A stretch of 62,792 nucleotides of DNA from contig JAJYFR010000005.1 of assembly GCA_021785355.1 (NCBI GenBank), positions 1 to 62,792 of the forward strand. Direction: 5' to 3'. The notes beneath the pieces were generated by a model. It ran no database searches, was not told the DNA's origin, and worked only from the letters and a program-made list of their open reading frames with translations. Position 1 is the first letter of the stretch. Every line of letters begins with the position of its first letter. Below, in pieces: positions 28,723-37,415 of this stretch. The DNA comes from a bacterium (GTDB lineage Bacteria > Patescibacteriota > Dojkabacteria > JAKAPS01 > JAJZLI01). Both the position numbers and the translations under genes were made by a program.

Positions 28723-29019
28723 TTAACCGAAATTATTCCCCCATTTTCTCAAATCATTAATAACTCTATGTAAAGATTTTCCTTTTTCAGTAAGTTCATA
28801 TTCTACATGTAAAGGAATTTCTTTATAAATTTTTTTTGTAATTATTTTATTTTTTTCAAATTCCTTTAATCTTAAAGATAAAGTTTTAGGAGATATACCT
28901 TCTAGAGAAGAGAGTAACTCCCCAAATCTTTTTTTCTCATCAAAAAGATCTCTTAATATAAGTATAGACCACTTAGCTCCTATAATTTTAATTGTTTTTT
29001 CAATTCCACAGTTTTTCAT
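28723..29019 (-). CDS. HxlR-family transcriptional regulator
   Basis: IIGAKWSILILRDLFDEKKRFGELLSSLEGISPKTLSLRLKEFE is a canonical HxlR winged-helix sequence. Confidence 0.85.
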   Translation of the reverse strand: MKNCGIEKTIKIIGAKWSILILRDLFDEKKRFGELLSSLEGISPKTLSLRLKEFEKNKIITKKIYKEIPLHVEYELTEKGKSLHRVINDLRKWGNNFG

Positions 29020-29060
29020 ATACCATATTATATCATATCTAAAGTTTTTTTCATACTATA

Positions 29061-29085
29061 CATTTTGTAATTACTTTACAAAATG
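29061..29085. promoter_or_regulatory. Perfect 10-bp inverted repeat (candidate HxlR operator)
   Basis: CATTTTGTAA-ttact-TTACAAAATG lies in the divergent HxlR / FMN reductase intergenic region. Confidence 0.5.
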
Positions 29086-29098
29086 AAGTATATAGTAT

Positions 29099-29123
29099 AA
29101 ACTAAACTTTCTTAGTTTAGTTT
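29099..29123. promoter_or_regulatory. Second inverted repeat just upstream of the FMN reductase start
   Basis: AAACTAAAC-tttctta-GTTTAGTTT ends 11 nt before the ATG at 29135. Confidence 0.4.
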
Positions 29124-29134
29124 AAATAATAAAT

Positions 29135-29713
29135 ATGTCAAATATAAAAATAATTTTAGGAAGTACAAGAAATAATAGAGCTGGAGATAAGGTTGCTCAA
29201 TGGGTTTTAGAAGAAGCAAAAAAATATAATCTTTTTGAAACAGAACTCATAGATTTAAGAGAATATACTTTACCTTTTTTTGAATTAGATATATCTCCTG
29301 CATACAAAAAACCAAATTACAATGAAATTCAAGAAAAACTATCTAAAAAAATAGAAGAAGCAGATGGTTTTATTTTTGTAATGCCAGAATATAATCATGG
29401 ATATACAGGTGTTTTGAAAAACATGATAGATACTTTCTATAATGAATGGAGAATCAAACCTGCAACATTCGTATCTTACGGAGGAGTATCTGGAGGAACA
29501 AGAGCAGTAGAACAATTAAGAGAAGTTTTAATTGAATTACAAGTAGTTCCTATAAGAGCTTCAGTTCATATACCTTTTATATTTAATCAATTCTCAGAAG
29601 AAGGTTTATTAAAAGAAGAAACAAAAGAAGCTGCAAACTTAGAAGCTACACTTCAAGATATAAATTGGTGGGCAGAAGTATTAAAAGAACCAAGAAAAAA
29701 TAAATTGCAATAA
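29135..29713 (+). CDS. NADPH-dependent FMN reductase
   Basis: IILGSTRNNRAGDKV and PEYNHGYTGVLKNMID are typical of the family. Confidence 0.8.
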   Translation: MSNIKIILGSTRNNRAGDKVAQWVLEEAKKYNLFETELIDLREYTLPFFELDISPAYKKPNYNEIQEKLSKKIEEADGFIFVMPEYNHGYTGVLKNMIDTFYNEWRIKPATFVSYGGVSGGTRAVEQLREVLIELQVVPIRASVHIPFIFNQFSEEGLLKEETKEAANLEATLQDINWWAEVLKEPRKNKLQ

Positions 29714-29738
29714 TAATAAATTTATTTAATAATAAAAT

Positions 29739-30188
29739 ATGAATAAAATAAAAAAGTTTTTTACAATAGATACAGTATATGCTCATTGTGATGTGCCTTG
29801 TGGATTATATGACCCTAGAGCAGCTTTAATGGCAGCAGAAACTGTAAAGGTGATGGTAAAACAAATTATAGATATAGAAGAAAGTGAAGATTTCAAAAAT
29901 AATCCTTCAAATATCAAATTTAGTAATTCTTTTGTAAGAAGAATTATGACAAAAGAACAACATGCAGAATTAGTTAAAAAAGAAATAGAAATTTTATGGA
30001 GTGACTATTTCAAAGAAGAAGACTTAATTGTAGTACCAAATCTTCATGAACAAATTTGGAAAGTTGTAAAGTTAGCATCATATAATAAACAAAATGTAGA
30101 TTTAGAAAAAGCAGAAGAACTGTACAAAGAAGTTTTAAATGTATCTAAAATGTTTGATAAAGTAGTTGAACATAGAAAAAACAAATAA
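29739..30188 (+). CDS. sodN: Nickel-containing superoxide dismutase precursor
   Basis: A 14-aa leader (MNKIKKFFTIDTVYA) is followed by HCDVPCGLYDP, which matches the Ni-hook H-C-x-x-P-C-G-x-Y. Confidence 0.85.
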   Translation: MNKIKKFFTIDTVYAHCDVPCGLYDPRAALMAAETVKVMVKQIIDIEESEDFKNNPSNIKFSNSFVRRIMTKEQHAELVKKEIEILWSDYFKEEDLIVVPNLHEQIWKVVKLASYNKQNVDLEKAEELYKEVLNVSKMFDKVVEHRKNK

Positions 30189-30480
30189 AATAATATTCAA
30201 ATTATTAAAAGTAGAGGGGGATAGTATGTCCCCTTCTATAATAAAAAACAGTATTATTATAGTTAGTTATATTCCTTATTTTTTTACTCAACCCAAAATT
30301 GGTGATATAGTAATTGTAAAACATCCACATAAAAATATATCCATTATTAAAAGAATTCAAAAAATTAAAAATAACAAATACTATATACTAGGTGATAATT
30401 CATATCAAAGTACAGATAGTAGAGATTTTGGATATATAGACAAATCTTTAATTATAGCCAAAAAAATAAATCTCAAATAA
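30166..30480 (+). CDS. sodX: S26-family NiSOD maturation protease
   Basis: VEGDSMSPSI (signal-peptidase-type Ser) and later GDNSYQSTDSRDFG. TTG at 30166 is the only canonical start that retains the catalytic Ser. It overlaps sodN by 23 nt. Confidence 0.7.
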   Translation: MNIEKTNKIIFKLLKVEGDSMSPSIIKNSIIIVSYIPYFFTQPKIGDIVIVKHPHKNISIIKRIQKIKNNKYYILGDNSYQSTDSRDFGYIDKSLIIAKKINLK

Positions 30481-30547
30481 GCATATAAACATGCAGTGGC
30501 ACTAAGAAATTTTTGAATTATTGCAAAGATATAGTATAATACTATAT

Positions 30548-30835
30548 ATGGAATTAGAAAAAACAGATATAAATTTAGAAGAAGAAATATCAATTCTTTT
30601 AAAACAAGGTAATCTAGAAGAAGCTTATAGAAAAAGCACTCTTATTCAAAATGTTGCTATAAGAAATGGTCACTTTCTAAATATATTAGCAAGTAAGACA
30701 GGAGAGGGTGTTGGACTTATTGATCTAATAAAAGCTTTTACTCGATTTAGAATAGATGATAATGGAGACTATGAAACTATTTGTATATTAGAAATATCAG
30801 ATAATTTCTTTAAAGAAAACTCTCTCTTTGAATAA
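30548..30835 (+). CDS. Hypothetical protein
   Basis: 95 aa counted from the ATG at 30548 (the ORF track opens at 30521). No motif recognised. Confidence 0.5.
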   Translation: MELEKTDINLEEEISILLKQGNLEEAYRKSTLIQNVAIRNGHFLNILASKTGEGVGLIDLIKAFTRFRIDDNGDYETICILEISDNFFKENSLFE

Positions 30836-30980
30836 AAAATATTAATATATAAAAAATATAAAATTTCAAAATAAATCTAATATACATTTTTTGGCTTATA
30901 TACAATATAAATATAAATACTCCTCCTTTTCATAACAATTAGTGATAAAATATATATAGATAAAAAAGGGGGTGACGAAT

Positions 30981-31244
30981 ATGGGACTAGTAGTATATTT
31001 AATAATAGGAGTAATCCTAGGTTGGTTAGCTAGTGTTGTTGTAAAACAACAAAATCCTAACGTGGTAAAAGATATAGTTCTAGGAGTTATTGGGGCTATT
31101 GTAGGAGATATCCTAGCAAGACTTTTTGTTTCAGGAGAATCTTTTGCAAGTAAAGTTACAACTTCAGGACTTATCGGAGTAATTGTTTTATCAGTTATAG
31201 TTATTGCATTAGGGAGATCATTTAACTCTAAAGAAAAGAAATAA
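30981..31244 (+). CDS. GlsB/YeaQ/YmgE family stress-response membrane protein
   Basis: GVILGWLASVV and GVIGAIVGDILA are transglycosylase-associated family repeats. The ATG at 30981 lies 8 nt after the SD GGGGGTGA. Confidence 0.8.
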   Translation: MGLVVYLIIGVILGWLASVVVKQQNPNVVKDIVLGVIGAIVGDILARLFVSGESFASKVTTSGLIGVIVLSVIVIALGRSFNSKEKK

Positions 31245-31264
31245 TTATACTTTTAAAAAACAAA

Positions 31265-31302
31265 AACATGTAAGGAGGTAAACTCTCCTTATGTGTTTTT
31301 TT
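31265..31302 (+). terminator. Intrinsic terminator after the GlsB-like gene
   Basis: A stem ACATGTAAGGAGG / TCTCCTTATGTGT (with G-U pairs) is followed by TTTTTTT. Confidence 0.6.
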
Positions 31303-31308
31303 ACTAAT

Positions 31309-32070
31309 ATGAAAATAATATCTTGGAATATCAATGGAATTAGAGCACTATATAAAAAAGGTATAGATCCCTTTTTAGACAAATATTCTCCAGATATATT
31401 ATGTTTTCAAGAAATCAAAGCAGATGAATCACAAGTTCAAATTCCTAAAAGTTTAGAGGATATGCACTCTTACTATAACTCAGCAGAAAAAAAAGGTTAT
31501 AGTGGTGTTGCACTTTACAGTAAAATTAAACCAGAATCAGTATCATACCTTATAGGTGATAATAAATTCGAAAATGAAGGCAGATTAATTTGCGCTAAAT
31601 ATAAAGATTTCATTCTTTATAATATATATTTTCCAAATGGTCAAAGAGATGAAGAAAGGTTAAAATATAAATTAAACTTCTATAAAATAATTATAAAAAA
31701 ATTAAAGAAACATCAAGAAAATAATGACAATATAATTATACTAGGAGATTACAATACTGCACATACTCCAATAGACCTTTCAAATCCACAAAGCAATAAA
31801 AATACGTCTGGATTCCTAGACATAGAAAGAAAACTAATAGATAAAATTATAGATATAGGATATGACGATACATTGAGATTATTCCATAAAGAAGATCAAC
31901 TCTATACCTGGTGGTCTCCTATAACTAGAGCTAGAGAAAGAAATGTAGGTTGGAGAATAGATTATATTTTTACATCTAAAAATATTAGGAAAAAAATAAA
32001 ATCAGCTGATATTTTATCAGAAATATATGGCTCTGATCATTGCCCTATATCAATAGATATAGAATTCTAA
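31309..32070 (+). CDS. xth: Exodeoxyribonuclease III
   Basis: MKIISWNINGIRA, CFQEIK, GDYNTAH and a C-terminal GSDHCPI. I prefer the start at 31309, because the upstream ATG at 31291 sits inside the terminator stem. Confidence 0.9.
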   Translation: MKIISWNINGIRALYKKGIDPFLDKYSPDILCFQEIKADESQVQIPKSLEDMHSYYNSAEKKGYSGVALYSKIKPESVSYLIGDNKFENEGRLICAKYKDFILYNIYFPNGQRDEERLKYKLNFYKIIIKKLKKHQENNDNIIILGDYNTAHTPIDLSNPQSNKNTSGFLDIERKLIDKIIDIGYDDTLRLFHKEDQLYTWWSPITRARERNVGWRIDYIFTSKNIRKKIKSADILSEIYGSDHCPISIDIEF

Positions 32071-32119
32071 TAGTATAACTAATTTGTGCATATCATAAAT
32101 ATATATTACAATATATATC

Positions 32120-32449
32120 ATGAAAGAGATTACAGCAGATCAATTAAAACAAGAAAAACATAAATATATTCTATTAGATATAAGAGAGGATTTTGAAAGA
32201 GCAAAAGATGGTGCAATTCCAAATTCTCATCATTTAAAATCTTCTGAAATAGATATTTATAATATATTAGACTTTTTTAATAAATTTGAAGAAGAGGAAA
32301 TTGTGATTTATTGTAATTCAGGAGCAAGATCATCTTCTCTAATTGAAAACCTCCATAATAATAATATATATAAAAAAGATAAAATAATAAATTTAAAAGG
32401 TGGTTTCCAAATATGGAAAGCTTCTATGTATGAAATTGAAAAAATATAA
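32120..32449 (+). CDS. Rhodanese-like domain protein
   Basis: Active-site loop IVIYCNSGARSS. Confidence 0.8.
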   Translation: MKEITADQLKQEKHKYILLDIREDFERAKDGAIPNSHHLKSSEIDIYNILDFFNKFEEEEIVIYCNSGARSSSLIENLHNNNIYKKDKIINLKGGFQIWKASMYEIEKI

Positions 32450-33281
32450 TTTTGCAATTTTAATATCTACTAAAGGAAAAGAAGATATTAATAAAGCTGT
32501 CTCTCAAATTAAGAATACAAATATACCTATATATATAGTATCTCCAGAAGAAATTAATATTGAAAATACTACATTAATAAAAGATAAAGGATTGGGTAAA
32601 CCTAGTGCATTAAATTTAGCAATAGAAAAAATACCAGCTCAAATAATAATATTTACTGACGGAGACGTATATACAAACGAACAATCTATAAACAATATAA
32701 TCAAGGCTTTTGATGAAAATACAGGAATCGTAACTACAAGTGTAATATCACTAAATAATAAAAACAGTATATTAGGATTCTGGTCGCACTTTTTAGTCTT
32801 TGCTGCAAATAATATGAGAAAAGAAAAATATTCTAAAAATGAATTCTTTGAAGCAACAGGATACTTAATGGCTGTAAGAAAAAATTTAATAGAAAAAATA
32901 CCCGAAAATAGTCTTTCTGAAGACGGAGTAATTTCAAAAATGGTGCATGATAAAAAATATAATATCAAATATATTGATAATGCAGAAGTATTTGTTAAAT
33001 TTCCTCAAAATTTTCATGACTGGATAATTCAAAAAAAAAGAAGTACAGGAGGTTATACCCAAAATCTAACAGAAAGAAAAAATGGATCTAGAAGTTTTTT
33101 TAAAGAGGCAAAAGCTGGTTTCTTTCTATTTTTTAGTTACCCTAAAAATATAAAGGAATTTTTCTATTTATTTTTACTATTCTTGGCAAGAATATATTTA
33201 TGGATAATAATTTTTATAGATCTTAAAATAAAAAGAAAGAATTTCTCTCAAATATGGTTAAGAGTAGAAAGTACTAAATAA
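32430..33281 (+). CDS. Glycosyltransferase family 2
   Basis: FAILISTKGKE, IIFTDGDV (DxD) and C-terminal TM helices. I prefer the ATG at 32430. Confidence 0.7.
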   Translation: MKLKKYNFAILISTKGKEDINKAVSQIKNTNIPIYIVSPEEINIENTTLIKDKGLGKPSALNLAIEKIPAQIIIFTDGDVYTNEQSINNIIKAFDENTGIVTTSVISLNNKNSILGFWSHFLVFAANNMRKEKYSKNEFFEATGYLMAVRKNLIEKIPENSLSEDGVISKMVHDKKYNIKYIDNAEVFVKFPQNFHDWIIQKKRSTGGYTQNLTERKNGSRSFFKEAKAGFFLFFSYPKNIKEFFYLFLLFLARIYLWIIIFIDLKIKRKNFSQIWLRVESTK

Positions 33282-33300
33282 ATAATATATAATAACCCCT

Positions 33301-34314
33301 ATGCAAAACGAAATAAAAAGTTCAATAAAAAAAATTGATAGTGCAAAAAAAATACTTATTCTAATATCTAGTCCTGACGGAGATAGTGTAGGAACATCTA
33401 TTGTACTAAAACATTTTTTAGAAAATAAAAATAAAATAGCAGATATTTATTCTAACAAACCTCTATATGATACTTTAAAAAAATTACCTTTATCAGATGA
33501 AATTATTATAACAGATGTAGTTAAAATAAATTTTCATGAATATGATTTGATAATAACAGTAGATACAGCAAACTTAGAGCAACTGTATAACTATAACAAG
33601 TATGATAAATTTAAATTTCCAGATTATATAGACTTTGTATGTATTGATCATCATGCTTCTAATACATCATTTACTAAATATAAAATATATGACAAAGAAG
33701 CTTCTTCTACAGCAGAAGTTTTATATACCCATCTTATAAAGAATGATTTTCCTTTAAATAAAGACGAAGCCACTCTTTTATATTTTGCAATAGCATCAGA
33801 TACAGGTTTTTTCAGATGGCAAATAAAACCAGAAACTTTCAGAGTTGCATCAAAATTATTAGAATCAAATGTAGATTATAATAAATTAGCAAATCTATAT
33901 TTTGAAAATATAGATGAGAGTTTTAAAGATATATTATCTGTATTTGTAAAAAAAACAGTATTCCATAAAAGACTGAAATATACATCCCTTTATATTGATG
34001 AAAATATTATAAATAAATTAAAAATTTCTAAAGAAAATATGAAAAATTATATTGATACTTATAGATCTAATTTTTTAATAAATATAAAAGATTATAAGTT
34101 TTCTATAATAATAAAAGATGTAGGTGATTTTAGAATTATATCTTTCAGAGGAAATCCTTTTAATAACAAATTAGACCTAACATTAATAAACAAATATTAT
34201 GATTTTCAGGGTGGGGGACATAAAAATGCTTGTAGCTTTTCATCTAAAGGAAATTATAAAGATATTATCAAAAATATAGACATAGCTATAAAAGATTTAG
34301 AGAGTATCAATTAA
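33301..34314 (+). CDS. nrnA: DHH/DHHA1 phosphoesterase (NrnA-like oligoribonuclease / pAp phosphatase)
   Basis: DGDSVGT, VDTAN, IDHH and DHHA1 GGGH motifs. Confidence 0.7.
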   Translation: MQNEIKSSIKKIDSAKKILILISSPDGDSVGTSIVLKHFLENKNKIADIYSNKPLYDTLKKLPLSDEIIITDVVKINFHEYDLIITVDTANLEQLYNYNKYDKFKFPDYIDFVCIDHHASNTSFTKYKIYDKEASSTAEVLYTHLIKNDFPLNKDEATLLYFAIASDTGFFRWQIKPETFRVASKLLESNVDYNKLANLYFENIDESFKDILSVFVKKTVFHKRLKYTSLYIDENIINKLKISKENMKNYIDTYRSNFLINIKDYKFSIIIKDVGDFRIISFRGNPFNNKLDLTLINKYYDFQGGGHKNACSFSSKGNYKDIIKNIDIAIKDLESIN

Positions 34315-35175
34315 TTTTTCTAATACAAAAGATTTTATATAATCTATATTAGAATTATTAGATTTTAAGACTATTTTTACAATATAACTTTCCATAGTTG
34401 ATTCCTCTATATAAATACTTCTCTCAAAAATACTAAGTTCTTTTGAATCTAAAATTTTATCTATTTTTTCCTTTATAATAGAAAATTTATTCTTCTTTAA
34501 AACTTCATATTTTATTTGTAATTTATAAAATTTAGCCTTATCTATTCTTTGAATAGCTGCTTGAATTAATATACTATTAGGGATCTTTATAGGAAAACCT
34601 TCATCTCCTATAAAATCTGTATAAAATAATCCCACATTATATATAACCCCTATCTGACCAGGTGTTACAATATCATTGGAAAAAAATTTAGGTGGATAAC
34701 TAGGAAGTAAAAAAGAGTATTGCCATGTTGTAAATTTTATTCTTTCTCCTATTTCAAATTGATTAAATAATAATATAATAATACCTGCAAATAAATTAGA
34801 AAGTACACTTTGTGCTGCAATTCCTAAAATTACACCGATAAACGCACCACCTAATAAAATATTAGTAACATTGATATTTAAAAATTTTAATGTCACTAAA
34901 ACTAATATAAGGTAAGATAAAGTTAGAAATATAAAATTCAATAAATTTTGCTCTCTTCTTTTTTTTACATTAAATCTTTTGAAAAAAATTTTTATTCTAT
35001 TCTCAATAAAATTTATAAAAAGAGATCCTATAAATATAATGAAAATAGCAATTATGATGTTTTTCAGAGAAGTTGATATACTTAAATAAGATACAATTTT
35101 CTGTATAAATGCTATGAAAACAAATATAAATAATAGAAAAACAGAAATTTTTAAAATAACATTTTTATTCATCAC
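34297..35175 (-). CDS. Mechanosensitive ion channel (MscS family)
   Basis: Three or four N-terminal TM helices are followed by LSNLFAGIIILLFNQFEIGERIKF, a pore helix and beta-domain junction. Confidence 0.75.
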   Translation of the reverse strand: MMNKNVILKISVFLLFIFVFIAFIQKIVSYLSISTSLKNIIIAIFIIFIGSLFINFIENRIKIFFKRFNVKKRREQNLLNFIFLTLSYLILVLVTLKFLNINVTNILLGGAFIGVILGIAAQSVLSNLFAGIIILLFNQFEIGERIKFTTWQYSFLLPSYPPKFFSNDIVTPGQIGVIYNVGLFYTDFIGDEGFPIKIPNSILIQAAIQRIDKAKFYKLQIKYEVLKKNKFSIIKEKIDKILDSKELSIFERSIYIEESTMESYIVKIVLKSNNSNIDYIKSFVLEKLIDTL

Positions 35176-35193
35176 CTAATATATAGCACAAAA

Positions 35194-35814
35194 TCAGTTT
35201 AATATGAAATATTCATTACTTTCCATAACAAATCTATTGACTAGGCTAAAATTGCTATCCGATATCAGACTTAAAATTTCATCTTCTTGAAATTTATGTA
35301 CATATCTTATATCTTCTTCTTTATTCCATGAAAGCAGATAATCTCCTTCTCCAAGATTATCTGTGATTTTACTCTCATCAAAATTCCAAATAGAAAATAT
35401 AAAATATTTATTAGTAACTGAGCGAATATCTTTCATTATCCTTAATCTTAAATCATAACTAGGAATATGATGAAGTGTAGCTATAAGTAAAACTATATCA
35501 AATTTTGCCAAATCATTACTCCAACCATCAATTGATATATCTCTTATTAAAAACTTCTTCTCTTTATATTTTTCTTTTGCTATATTTATAAGTTTTGAAG
35601 AAGAATCTATGCCTAAATAATAATCTTTATCTACATTAAGTGAAAATCTTCCATTACCACAACCTATATCCAATACGCTATCTTTCTTTTTTATATATTT
35701 TTTAATTTCCCAAAAACTATCCCACTGGTAGTTCCTTTTCGAAGAAAATTCTTCAGCATGCAAATTATAAAATTCTTTATTTATCCTTAATAATTCCTTT
35801 TTAGACGGTTTCAT
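35194..35814 (-). CDS. Class I SAM-dependent methyltransferase, Trm9-like
   Basis: SAM motif VLDIGCGNGRF. The N-terminal FYNLHAEEFSSKRNYQW, FDIVLLIATLHHIPS and IFSIWNFDE parallel Trm9/ALKBH8 methyltransferase blocks (IAxHFSxTR...W, FDxxISIAVIHH, VWAxEQ), recalled from memory. Confidence 0.55.
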   Translation of the reverse strand: MKPSKKELLRINKEFYNLHAEEFSSKRNYQWDSFWEIKKYIKKKDSVLDIGCGNGRFSLNVDKDYYLGIDSSSKLINIAKEKYKEKKFLIRDISIDGWSNDLAKFDIVLLIATLHHIPSYDLRLRIMKDIRSVTNKYFIFSIWNFDESKITDNLGEGDYLLSWNKEEDIRYVHKFQEDEILSLISDSNFSLVNRFVMESNEYFILN

Positions 35815-35828
35815 AATATAATTATACT

Positions 35829-37415
35829 ATGTTTGATATAAAAGATTTCAATAATATAAGTATAAAAGATATACTACCCAATACAAATATAAATAGATCT
35901 CAGATAATATCTAGATATAAAAAATATTGCAGAGACAATAAATTAAAAGAAGATTACTCTTTCATTGAGAAAATTCAATTAAAACCTGTAAGGACTCTTT
36001 CTGGTGTTGTCCCTATAACAGTTCTTACTAAGCCTTTTCCATGCCCAGGAAAATGCATATTTTGTCCTGATGATGTAATGATGCCCAAAAGCTACCTTAC
36101 TCTTGAACCTGGTGCGCAAAGAGCTTTAATGAACAAATTTGACCCATATCTTCAAGTAAAAAATAGAATTCAAGCATTACAAAATATTGGTCATCAAACT
36201 GAGAAAATTGAATTACTTGTACTAGGAGGAACATGGAGTGTCTATCCTAGACATTATCAAGAATGGTTCATAAAAAGATGCTTGGATGCTATGAACGACT
36301 TTTCCTTTAAAGAATATACTTACCATAAAAATCAAATAAATTTTGATACGAATATATTAGAAAGTGAACCAGAACTAAAAAAATGGAAGAAAGAAGATCT
36401 TGAAAAAGCTCAAATTTTAAACTCCAAAGCGAAATATAGATGCATAGGTATAACTCTAGAAACTAGACCTGATATGATATCACAAAAAGAAGTAGAACAT
36501 TTAAGATTTTTAGGAGGAACAAAAATTCAGCTAGGAATACAATCTACACACGATGATATTCTTATTGCTAATAAAAGAGGTGAGAGTTCAAAAGCACAAA
36601 GAGATGCTATAAATCTTTTAAGAAGAGCTGGGTTTAAAATACAAATTCATTGGATGCCTAATTTATATAAATCAACTCCAAAAATTGATAAAAAAGATAT
36701 AGAAATTATATATAAAGATAAATCATATCTTCCAGATGAAATAAAAATATATCCATGCTCAGTTATAGAAAGTGCAGAACTTTATACTTTCTGGAAAGAA
36801 AAAAAATATTCTCCATATAGTGAAGAAGAATTAATAGATGTATTGATTCATGCAAAAAGTATTATTCCTATATATTCTAGAATTAATAGACTAATAAGAG
36901 ATATTCCTTCAACATATATCTTTGATGGGAATAAAAAAACAAATATGAGACAAATAGTACAAATAGAAATGCAAAAAAAGGGAATTTTTTGTAAATGTAT
37001 TCGCTGTAGAGAAATCAGAAATGAAGAAATAAAAGAAATACATTTTGATAAATATGAATATGAGACTTCAGTATCAACTGAATATTTTTTATCATTTAAT
37101 ACTGAAGGTAAATTATTAGGATTTTTAAGATTATCTATTCCTAAAGACAGATCTCATTTTATAAAAGAATTAGAAAACAGTTCTATTATAAGAGAATTGC
37201 ATATATACGGAAAAGCTCTTAGAATAAAACAAGAATCAGATTCAGCACAACATTTAGGGTTAGGAAAAAAATTATTGAAAGAAGCTGAAATTATATCAAA
37301 AGAAAATGGTTTTGAGAAAATATCTGTAATATCAGGAATAGGTACTCGAGAATACTATAATAAAAGAGGATATGTCCTAAATAAACTATATCAGACAAAA
37401 TATATTAATGGATAA
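35829..37415 (+). CDS. elp3: Elp3-type radical SAM + GNAT acetyltransferase (tRNA U34 cm5 modification enzyme homolog)
   Basis: 528 aa. It has the radical SAM cluster CPGKCIFCP, Elp3-typical blocks (IELLVLGGTWS, TLETRPD, KIQLGIQS) and a C-terminal GNAT domain (IRELHIYGKAL...QHLGLGKKLL). Confidence 0.8.
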   Translation: MFDIKDFNNISIKDILPNTNINRSQIISRYKKYCRDNKLKEDYSFIEKIQLKPVRTLSGVVPITVLTKPFPCPGKCIFCPDDVMMPKSYLTLEPGAQRALMNKFDPYLQVKNRIQALQNIGHQTEKIELLVLGGTWSVYPRHYQEWFIKRCLDAMNDFSFKEYTYHKNQINFDTNILESEPELKKWKKEDLEKAQILNSKAKYRCIGITLETRPDMISQKEVEHLRFLGGTKIQLGIQSTHDDILIANKRGESSKAQRDAINLLRRAGFKIQIHWMPNLYKSTPKIDKKDIEIIYKDKSYLPDEIKIYPCSVIESAELYTFWKEKKYSPYSEEELIDVLIHAKSIIPIYSRINRLIRDIPSTYIFDGNKKTNMRQIVQIEMQKKGIFCKCIRCREIRNEEIKEIHFDKYEYETSVSTEYFLSFNTEGKLLGFLRLSIPKDRSHFIKELENSSIIRELHIYGKALRIKQESDSAQHLGLGKKLLKEAEIISKENGFEKISVISGIGTREYYNKRGYVLNKLYQTKYING

